Positions 19,580 to 26,918 of a stretch of DNA of 32,000 nt are shown here, piece by piece. Below the pieces are notes generated by a model. It was not told the DNA's origin. It searched no databases and saw only the letters and a list, made by a program, of their open reading frames with translations. The stretch's first letter is position 1; every line of letters begins with the position of its first letter. Origin of the DNA: Gloeothece verrucosa PCC 7822 (GTDB lineage: Bacteria > Cyanobacteriota > Cyanobacteriia > Cyanobacteriales > Microcystaceae). Both the position numbers and the translations under genes were made by a program. The stretch is from the NCBI RefSeq assembly GCF_000147335.1, contig NC_014501.1, forward strand, positions 2,322,300 through 2,354,299, read 5' to 3'.

Positions 19580-20260
19580 ATGGCTAGAGGCGATCAAATT
19601 TATGTATATCGAGAGTTGCTCAATTTGCAGGGACTTTATGAGCATCATGGGATTGACTGTGGAGATGATACAGTCATTCATTATCGTAAACCTAGCGAGA
19701 CAATTGAGCGTACTTCTTTAGATATTTTTACGCGCGGGAATCCCACTTATATTAGGCAATATGCTCAGGGGTTTTGTTTTATTCCTGACATAGTCGTGCA
19801 ACGGGCACAAAGCCGCTTAGGAGAACAAAAATATAATCTTTTATTTAATAATTGTGAGCATTTTGCTACCTGGTGTAAAACGGGAATTAATGATAGTAAA
19901 CAAATCCGCGATTTTATCCCAATTATTAGTCAACTGGAAACCTCGAATTTATATGAGCCTTTAAAAGAGGCTTTAGGGCAATCAGATCCCAACAATGCCA
20001 AACGTTTATTAAATAATGCTTTAGGCGATCTTAAAGGGGTTTGGGATGAGCTACAGCCTAAGTATAAATTAAGTTTAAAAGAGGTAGAAACTTGGGATAA
20101 AGTAGCCAAAGAAGCTGTTAAACGAAATCGAGATGACTTGGCAAGAGCGGCTTTAGAACGTAAACTAGGCTATAAGCGGCGAGCAACCGAATTAGAAAAT
20201 CAGTTAAAGCAATTGGCAACTATGACCGAAGATGTTTTAACTAATTTACTGAATGTTTAA
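19580..20260 (+). CDS. LRAT/H-rev107 (NlpC/P60 superfamily, NC-domain) thiol enzyme fused to a PspA/IM30-like helical segment
   Basis: N-terminal half: GDQIYVYRE...YEHHGIDCGDDTVIHY...LLFNNCEHFATWCKTG, with the catalytic His and NCEHF Cys of LRAT-family proteins. C-terminal half: KEVETWDKVAKEAVKRNRDDLARAALERKLGYKRRATELENQLKQL, compared with E. coli PspA [31 protein letters not shown]. Confidence 0.75.
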   Translation: MARGDQIYVYRELLNLQGLYEHHGIDCGDDTVIHYRKPSETIERTSLDIFTRGNPTYIRQYAQGFCFIPDIVVQRAQSRLGEQKYNLLFNNCEHFATWCKTGINDSKQIRDFIPIISQLETSNLYEPLKEALGQSDPNNAKRLLNNALGDLKGVWDELQPKYKLSLKEVETWDKVAKEAVKRNRDDLARAALERKLGYKRRATELENQLKQLATMTEDVLTNLLNV

Positions 20261-20323
20261 TCAAGGGGTAAAAACTACATCTTAATACCTACATCAATAT
20301 ACGACATTAATATAAAATACAAA

Positions 20324-20360
20324 ACGTAGGGTGTGTTAGCAAAGCGTAACGCACCTAAAA
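20324..20360. repeat. small palindromic repeat, copy 1
   Basis: acgtagggtgtgttagcaaagcgtaacgcacctaaaa. GGTGTGTTAGC and GCGTAACGCACC form an imperfect hairpin. It is related to copy 2, which lies 121 bp downstream. Confidence 0.6.
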
Positions 20361-20444
20361 AATCTAATTTACTTAATGCCTAAACTCATATAAAATATAA
20401 GGCAATATCCCCCTAACCCTCCTTAATAAAGGGAGAAACAAGTA

Positions 20445-20482
20445 ACGTGGGGTGTGAAGCGCGAAGCCTAACATACCTAAAA
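20445..20482. repeat. small palindromic repeat, copy 2
   Basis: acgtggggtgtgaagcgcgaagcctaacatacctaaaa shares the ACGTrGGGTGTG...AGC...TAAC.(C/T)ACCTAAAA frame with copy 1. Confidence 0.55.
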
Positions 20483-20511
20483 TAAAACATACTATTAGGG
20501 TAGTATTATTG

Positions 20512-21441
20512 ATGTTCAGTATCTTTTTATTTAGCTTAATTTTTTGCTTTATTTGTTGGTTGATTTATAGCAGTAAAAACTCAGTTAATAACTCTCAAAA
20601 TTTAACAATAAATCAGGGTAAATTATTGGATGGTTCATCTTATCATTTAGCTTGTTTATTAGAAGATGCGCCGCCAAGTTCTTTAAGAGGTCAATTTTAT
20701 CCATTAGCAACACCGTTAATGACCCCTCTAGCTTGTATAGTACCTCGAACTTGGCAGGATTTTTACCGACAAAATTTAGGTCAACCCGGGGTGAATTATT
20801 GGGAATGGCGAGATAAACCTGAATCAAAAAATGTCTGTCAGGAATTAACTTTATTGTTAGACTTGACAGAGCCGAAAGGTTATGCTAGAGATTTTTTAGA
20901 AATTTTAGCCGCAGGGAAAAATCCCCTAGCGAGTTTTTATCAGGAAACGTTAAAAAATAAGGGCAAATTTGATCAACAAGACTTTCAAGTGCAAAAGCAA
21001 ATCTATGTGGCATTTAAACAATGGCATGAATTAGCCCAGCAACAAATCGGACTAGCCGCTTTACAAAGGGTTTATCGGGTGTGTTATGGTGCATCTTGGT
21101 CATTAATAGAGGAAATTTTTGCCGAAAAAACCTTTTTAATTTTTTCACAATATTTAATCGATCAATCTGCCCCTTGGTGGAAAGTTTTAGGGGTGCCACC
21201 TCGGTCGAATTTTTCACAAGTTGAACAAGCTTATAAATCACTGGTTAGAACCTGGCATCCAGACCTTAATCAGCATCCTTTAGCAACAGATGTTACGGCA
21301 AGGATTAATGTTGCTTATGAACAATATCAAGCTTTATATGAAAAGTCTAAACCTGTAACTGTAAGTAATAATAATTTTCAGAAAAATCCCAAGTTATGGG
21401 TAAAAATTCGGGAATGGATTACAACAAATCGAAATAAATAA
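20512..21441 (+). CDS. membrane-anchored J-domain (DnaJ-like) protein
   Basis: N-terminal TM helix: MFSIFLFSLIFCFICWLIY. The C-terminal J domain WWKVLGVPPRSNFSQVEQAYKSLVRTWHPDLNQHPLATDVTARINVAYEQYQAL has the HPD tripeptide. The ~200-aa middle region has no recognisable motif. I prefer the ATG at 20512 to the TTG at 20509. Confidence 0.75.
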   Translation: MFSIFLFSLIFCFICWLIYSSKNSVNNSQNLTINQGKLLDGSSYHLACLLEDAPPSSLRGQFYPLATPLMTPLACIVPRTWQDFYRQNLGQPGVNYWEWRDKPESKNVCQELTLLLDLTEPKGYARDFLEILAAGKNPLASFYQETLKNKGKFDQQDFQVQKQIYVAFKQWHELAQQQIGLAALQRVYRVCYGASWSLIEEIFAEKTFLIFSQYLIDQSAPWWKVLGVPPRSNFSQVEQAYKSLVRTWHPDLNQHPLATDVTARINVAYEQYQALYEKSKPVTVSNNNFQKNPKLWVKIREWITTNRNK

Positions 21442-21649
21442 GTAAGTATCTGGACATCAATAAAGCACTCTGTATAAAGAACTGTAAAACGCCCACAATT
21501 CCCCCACACCCGGCCCCCATTTCCCTGCACCCTAACCTCACAGTTAACTTGAAATAAGAAGAATGGTTATAAATACAGGTTTTGTTGGGTTCATAGAGAT
21601 TTATTATGCTAGAATTGGGCAAAAAAACATTTAGGGATGTCATAAGCTT

Positions 21650-22087
21650 ATGGACCCTTTAAGTATCGCGACGATATCTATCATCTCTGCTGTTGCTACT
21701 AAAGTTTTGGAAAACGCCGGCGAAAAGGTAGGAGAAACCCTCTACGACAAGACGAGTAAATTTCTAGCATCTCTGAAAAAACAATCTCCTGATACAGTAA
21801 CCGCTATAGAAAAAGCCCCCCAACAACCTCTAGATTATGGCACAGCTATATTAGAAATCGAGTCGGCGGCTAAAGCTAATCCTGATGTGGCTAAATCTAT
21901 GGCAGAATTAGCACAAGCGGCTAGAACAGAATCTAATCCTCAATTGCAGCAACAGATACAGGAAATATTAAATAGTTTGAAGTCAGCAAAAAGCTCGCAA
22001 AATACCATTAACTGTGAAAAATTGGCAGATGATCTCAAGAATTTCTTCCAAAATCCTATATTTAATGCTCCAGTCACATTTAATTGA
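21650..22087 (+). CDS. 145-aa helical N-terminal (effector/adaptor-like) domain of the downstream STAND ATPase, ended by an in-frame TGA
   Basis: Same reading frame as 22187-25015, with only the TGA at 22085-22087 between them. It starts with a hydrophobic helix (MDPLSIATISIISAVATKVL) followed by amphipathic helices. No catalytic motif is visible. Confidence 0.5.
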   Translation: MDPLSIATISIISAVATKVLENAGEKVGETLYDKTSKFLASLKKQSPDTVTAIEKAPQQPLDYGTAILEIESAAKANPDVAKSMAELAQAARTESNPQLQQQIQEILNSLKSAKSSQNTINCEKLADDLKNFFQNPIFNAPVTFN

Positions 22088-22186
22088 CTACAGTCGCCCT
22101 TTAGGGAACGGGTAAAGTTAACTCCCTCTAAATCTAAACTTTATAGCGGTTCTGTCCATTTTGTAGGACGAGAAAAAGAACTGCAC

Positions 22187-25015
22187 TTGCTGCATGAAGA
22201 TTTACAGCGAGGTAATTATGTTGCCATAACAGGAATGGGAGGAGTGGGTAAAACCGAGTTAGCTAGTCAATATATTCACCGCTATGGAGAAGCTTATGAG
22301 GGCATTACTTGGTTTAATGATAGACAAAAAGGTCTAGCGGCAGAGGTTTTAGAGTATTTTTCTTTGCAGTTAAATTATGAGATTCCCCAACAGTTAAGGG
22401 GAAAACGGTTAACGCTTTCTGAACAAGTGCGGGAGTGTTGGGGTCAATATGCGGCTTCTGAATTGCCTATATTACTGGTTTTTGATGATGTTACTAATTT
22501 AGATAATCTTCGGGAGGTTGTGCCGAGTGAAAACCGTTTCCGAGTTTTGGTGACGACTCGATTACAATATTTAGACCCGAATTTTATTAGTGAGGTGGGT
22601 TTAGAGGTTCTCTCCCCAGAATATGAACCGGGGAAGGCGTTAGAACTGTTACAAGCTTTGTTAGGTAAGAAAGATAGGCGCATTTATAGGGAACCCGAAG
22701 CGGCGGCAGATATTTGTCGGTGTTTGGAGTATTTGCCTTTGGGGATAATTTTAGTGGGGGGTTATTTGGTACAAGACCCGGATTTATCTTTAGAGATGAT
22801 GCTAGGGCAGTTGCAGGAGAGAAAGTTAGCAGAAAAATCGTTACAGGTAAGGGAAAGTCTTAACCAGTATCAAAGGGGTGTTAGGGCGGCTTTTGCTTTA
22901 ACTTGGGAAGAACTCGATCCTTTGTCTCAGCAAGTGGGAATGTTCCTTAGTTTATTCTCTCCTAAGTTGATTATTTGGGATTTGGTGGTGTGGGTTGCGC
23001 TTAGAAAGTGGCACGAAGAGATCGCAAATGAAGAGGAAACAGAGGTTAATGCTGAACTCGACTCCTCCGGAGAAGTAAAAAAAGAAGATAATTATTTAAG
23101 TTGGTCGAAGTATGAGTTAAACGAGGGGAAAAAGCGACTCTATCAACGAAATTTGCTACAACGGAAAGAAGAGAGAGAAGGATCTTATAAAATTCATGCT
23201 TTGGTGCGGTGGTTTTTACAGGAAAAGTTAGAGGAGTCAGAGGAGATAAAGGGCGTTTTCAGACAAACTTTCGCCATCGCTATGATAAGCGTCGCTAAAA
23301 TTATTCCTGACTCACCCACCTCTAAAGATATTGAAGATGTTAAAGATTTTATTCCCCATATAGAAGCACTAACAGAAAGTTTAATTGAAGAAGCAAAGGA
23401 AAAAAGAGAAGAAAAGAGAATAACTTTAGCATCAGTGCCCGATGAGTCGCTTATCTGGCCTTTTCTGGGAGTAGGAAGGTTTTATCAAGGTCAGGGGTTG
23501 TACTCTTTAGCAGAACCTTGGTATAAACCTTGTCTCGATGTGCTTAAAAGTCACTTTGGAGAAGAACATCCTGATGTAGCAAGCAGTTTGAACAATTTAG
23601 CGGCACTCTACTCTTCAATGGGGCGCTACAGCGAAGCCGAACCTCTGTACCAACAAGCTTTGGAGATCAATGAGCGGCTGTTGGGGACGGAGCATCCTGA
23701 TCTGGCAAGCAGTTTGAACAATTTAGCGGCACTCTACTCTTCAATGGGGCGCTACAGCGAAGCCGAACCTCTGTACCAACAAGCTTTGGAGATCAATGAG
23801 CGGCTGTTGGGGACGGAGCATCCTGATCTGGCAACCAGTTTGAACAATTTAGCGGCACTCTACTCTTCAATGGGGCGCTACAGCGAAGCCGAACCTCTGT
23901 ACCAACAAGCTTTGGAGATCAATGAGCGGCTGTTGGGGACGGAGCATCCTGATCTGGCAACCAGTTTGAACAATTTAGCGGGACTCTACTCTTCAATGGG
24001 GCGCTACAGCGAAGCCGAACCTCTGTACCAACAAGCTTTGGAGATGAGAGAGCGGCTGTTGGGGACGGAGCATCCTTCTGTGGCAACCAGTTTGAACAAT
24101 TTAGCGGGACTCTACTCTTCAATGGGGCGCTACAGCGAAGCCGAACCTCTTTACCAACAAGCTTTGGAGATCAATGAGCGGCTGTTGGGGACGGAGCATC
24201 CTTCTGTGGCAACCAGTTTGAACAATTTAGCAGGACTCTACAAGGCAATGGGGCGCTACAGCGAAGCCGAACCTCTGTACCAACAAGCTTTGGAGATGAG
24301 AGAGCGGCTGTTGGGGACGGAGCATCCTGATCTGGCAAGCAGTTTGAACAATTTAGCAGGACTCTACAAGGCAATGGGGCGCTACAGCGAAGCCGAACCT
24401 CTGTACCAACAAGCTTTGGAGATCAATGAGCGGCTGTTGGGGACGGAGCATCCTGATCTGGCAACCAGTTTGAACAATTTAGCGGGACTCTACGATTCAA
24501 TGGGGCGCTACAGCGAAGCCGAACCTCTGTACCAACAAGCTTTGGAGATCAATGAGCGGCTGTTGGGGACGGAGCATCCTGATCTGGCAACCAGTTTGAA
24601 CAATTTAGCGGGACTCTACGATTCAATGGGGCGCTACAGCGAAGCCGAACCTCTGTACCAACAAGCTTGGGAGATGAGAGAGCGGCTGTTGGGGACGGAG
24701 CATCCTGATGTAGCAAGCAGTTTGAACAATTTAGCAGGACTCTACTCTTCAATGGGGCGCTACAGCGAAGCCGAAACTCTGTACCAACAAGCTTTAGCCA
24801 TACTCGAACCCATCTTAGGGCCTAATCATCCTTCTACCATAACAGTTCGAGAAAATCTTGTCTTGCTGTCACAGCAACGTACTCGCCGCTACCTCTGGAG
24901 TCGTCGCTTAATTAAGCTTGTGGAATTTTTGTTAGCAATTGTGTGTTTACCGTTTTATTTGCTGTGGTTGCTGTTTAAGCAGTTGTTTAGTTTCTTCTTC
25001 CGTCGCTTGCGGTGA
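22187..25015 (+). CDS. NB-ARC (STAND) ATPase with TPR array and C-terminal TM helix (NLR-like); 5' boundary unresolved, frame open from 22088
   Basis: FVGREKEL (upstream of the listed TTG start), Walker A [11 protein letters not shown], Walker B [15 protein letters not shown], GLPL-like [16 protein letters not shown]. Then 10 full and 2 degenerate 42-aa TPR_12-type units ([42 protein letters not shown]). Terminal hydrophobic helix: [20 protein letters not shown]. Confidence 0.85.
   Translation: [942 protein letters not shown]
23564..24823 (+). repeat. 126-bp x10 near-identical tandem repeat (coding, TPR units)
   Basis: Unit starts (GAxCATCCT) fall at 23564, 23690, 23816, 23942, 24068, 24194, 24320, 24446, 24572 and 24698, an exact 126-bp period. 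A degenerate capping unit starts at 24824. Confidence 0.95.
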
Positions 25016-25040
25016 ATAAGTTTCGGCAGTTGAACAATGA

Positions 25041-25153
25041 TAGGACTTACGCACTCTCTACGAAATCATTAGGGTTTGAGATTGTCCGTGATCCTTCGCA
25101 AGGCTCAGGATGACATAAAATCCTTGTTTTTAATTGGGAGTGCGTAACTCCTA
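25041..25153. mobile_element. MITE-like element, copy 1 (113 bp)
   Basis: Terminal inverted repeats TAGGACTTACGCAC ... GTGCGTAACTCCTA. The internal sequence agggtttgagattgtccgtgatccttcgcaaggctcaggatgacataaaa is shared with copy 2. No ORF. Confidence 0.7.
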
Positions 25154-25215
25154 AATGATTTGATCCCTGAGCAAGCAGAAGTCCGCCAGTGTGAAGTAGA
25201 ACTTTTTTATCGTAC

Positions 25216-25327
25216 TAGGACTTACGCACCATAACCAAATCACAAGGGTTTGAGATGGTTCGAGGTCCTTCGCACAGCGAGGGATGACATAAAATTGTTG
25301 TTTTTCATCAGGAGTGCGTAACTCCTA
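25216..25327. mobile_element. MITE-like element, copy 2 (112 bp)
   Basis: Same TIRs (TAGGACTTACGCAC ... GTGCGTAACTCCTA) and same orientation, 62 bp after copy 1. The interior is ~80% similar by eye. Confidence 0.7.
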
Positions 25328-25491
25328 AGCTAGACCCAGTTGCAACTAATTGGGTAAACTCATCAAAGGTCAAACCAGAAAGCGTCATTGCTTTTCATCT
25401 GCTCTGCCATTGAAAGTTAATAAACCATAACTTCATCCCCTATGCTATATACATGATGCTTCATCGCACATCCTCCCTCTAGTTTATCAAC

Positions 25492-26469
25492 ATGATTCAA
25501 TTAAATTACGCAATAACCTTATTTTTAAGCTTATTACTGACTTCTCTCCCCTTCTTATTGTTGGGTATATTCGTTTCTAGTTGGTTACTGGTGTTTGTGG
25601 ATGAGCATCAACTAGCCGCTAAATTCCCTCATAACCCCATCTTAGGGGCTATCCTCGGCAGTAGTCTAGGGATGATTATCCCTGTCTGTCAATATGGCAA
25701 TATCCCAGTCACCAGACGTTTATTAATGCAGGGCGCTCCTCTATCGGTGGCCATCAGTTTTTTGCTGGCTTCTCCTACCGTAAATCCTATTGTGCTTTGG
25801 TTGACCTGGCAAGCTTTTCCCGATTACGCCAGCATCTTATTCTACCGCCTCTTATTGGCTTGGATAATCGCTTTTATAATTGGTTTAATCTTTAGCACTT
25901 ACAGAGAAAAACCCGCATCTGCTGAGGAATTGGCTTCTCCTCGTTGCTATTTACTGCCTTCAGGAACCTTTTTACGCCCCTCCGATGAAAGTGAACCCCT
26001 ACACCGCATCGGGAATTTAGTTTATGAGTACAAAACTACCGCCACTTTTAGAAAATCTTTAAAAATTAGCTTAAGTCTCTTCTGGCAAAATGTGGTTAAA
26101 GAAACCCTTGAGTTAGGAGGCATCTTAATGGTTGGATGTGCTATAGCGGCTTTAGCACAGATGTTTCTTCCTCAAGGTCAAATGCTAACTTGGGCACAAG
26201 CGCCTGTGGTCCAGATCTCTGTTATGATTTTATTAGGGGTGATATTATCCCTCGGCTCACCGAATAGTGCCGCGTTTCTAAGCTTTTTCGCTCCAACGTT
26301 TCTCAAAGGATCGCTGTTGAGTTTCTTGCTGTTTAGTTCAGTTGTAGACCTCAAAAGCGTGTGCCTATTATTTTTTGTGTTGCGATTTAAAGCCGCTCTT
26401 TATTTGATAATTTTAGTCCTAGAATTGACGATTTTATCAGCTTTAATCCTCAATTTTTACCCGAGTTAG
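25492..26469 (+). CDS. predicted permease (UPF0718 / ArsP_1-type family)
   Basis: Polytopic membrane protein. GAILGSSLGMIIPVCQYGNIPVTRRLLMQGAPLSVAISFLLASPTVNPIVL resembles the G.llP.CsC..vP....L...Ga....a.aFl.a.P.iNp core of this permease family. Confidence 0.65.
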   Translation: MIQLNYAITLFLSLLLTSLPFLLLGIFVSSWLLVFVDEHQLAAKFPHNPILGAILGSSLGMIIPVCQYGNIPVTRRLLMQGAPLSVAISFLLASPTVNPIVLWLTWQAFPDYASILFYRLLLAWIIAFIIGLIFSTYREKPASAEELASPRCYLLPSGTFLRPSDESEPLHRIGNLVYEYKTTATFRKSLKISLSLFWQNVVKETLELGGILMVGCAIAALAQMFLPQGQMLTWAQAPVVQISVMILLGVILSLGSPNSAAFLSFFAPTFLKGSLLSFLLFSSVVDLKSVCLLFFVLRFKAALYLIILVLELTILSALILNFYPS

Positions 26470-26595
26470 TAAGATCAAAGACGGATATTTCTCAAGGGTA
26501 TCCGTAAAATTTCCTATTTTTGTTGGCTAATTATCTTGATCCCTAAATGTAAAGTTTATTTACAACCTGAGAAAAGGTTCCCTCATCAATGCTAA

Positions 26596-26852
26596 ATTAA
26601 TAATTGAAGCTAGATAAGCTTCCCTGGCAGAATAGCTTGCAAGGTAAATTCATAAAACCCAAAGGAGAAAAACCTGTTAAAGTTAACATCTGTCTCGTTC
26701 ACCCAAAATAACAGCAATCAACTTGAATCATCATATTTCCTAAAGTGAAAGAAGGGAGCAAAACACCTGAAGAGTAATTTTCAGAGGACTCCAAGAAAAA
26801 TCAACTTAAAAAAGGAAATCCCTGGTCTTTAATGCTTGATTGCTGTTATTGT
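26596..26852 (+). ncRNA. candidate structured RNA, copy 1 (unknown family)
   Basis: Three nested helices. P1 is 26707-26721 with 26836-26850 (15 bp). P2 is 26745-26751 with 26813-26819. P3 is the hairpin 26767-26784 with a GUAA loop. There is also a 5' hairpin at 26606-22. Compensatory and wobble changes relative to copy 2 support folding on the + strand. Confidence 0.4.
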
Positions 26853-26918
26853 TATAAAAACCCAAAAAGATGTAAAGTTTAATTGCAAAATATGCTTGGG
26901 TTGAAAAAAAAATGTTAG

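Noticed and set aside
20585-21643. Listed minus-strand ORFs 20585-20827, 21014-21241 and 21419-21643
   Set aside because: The first two are antisense to the J-domain gene. The third spans the intergenic region and the J-gene 3' end, with no RBS or motif.
22085-22087. TGA as selenocysteine or another recoded codon
   Set aside because: I see no obvious stem-loop immediately downstream that could serve as a bacterial SECIS, and the position is a linker rather than a redox site. A nonsense mutation or simple readthrough is more parsimonious. This remains untested.
21980-22190. Two-gene Bell-domain plus NLR arrangement with matching amyloid signalling motifs (BASS-type)
   Set aside because: The C-terminus of the 145-aa ORF (NFFQNPIFNAPVTFN) and the sequence after the stop (LQSPFRERVKLTPSKSKLY) show no shared motif. 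The downstream part also has no start codon of its own before the NB-ARC core. A single interrupted gene fits better.
22444-24752. Listed minus-strand ORFs 22444-22683, 23919-24122, 24171-24374 and 24549-24752
   Set aside because: They are antisense to the NB-ARC/TPR gene. The last three are the same sequence repeated because of the 126-bp period, and none has a start context or motif.
23564-24823. Regular 126-bp repeats as a possible CRISPR-like or satellite array
   Set aside because: The repeats are in frame within a long ORF and translate to canonical TPR units. There are no unique spacers.
26548-26565. NtcA-type site in tgtaaagtttatttaca at the start of each tandem unit
   Set aside because: The spacing is GTA-N9-TAC rather than GTA-N8-TAC, and copy 2 reads ...TTGCA, so the half-site is not conserved.
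26690-26760. Glutamine (glnA) riboswitch, suggested by cgttcaccc in copy 1 of the tandem element
   Set aside because: Copy 2 reads cgttcatccc at the same place, and the required ACGGAAGUAGG / AAGGAACG elements are absent.
26672-26884. Plus-strand micro-ORFs in the tandem element: a CUG-initiated 24-aa frame after AAGGAG (LLKLTSVSF(TQ/IP)NNSNQLESSYFLK, codons 26674-26748), and an ATG ORF MLDCCYC... at 26832
   Set aside because: The first has no canonical start codon. The second is identical between copies only where it overlaps the P1 3' arm and diverges completely afterwards, and it has a poor RBS distance. RNA structure explains the conservation better. The minus-strand 30-aa ORF is kept as an alternative within the finding.
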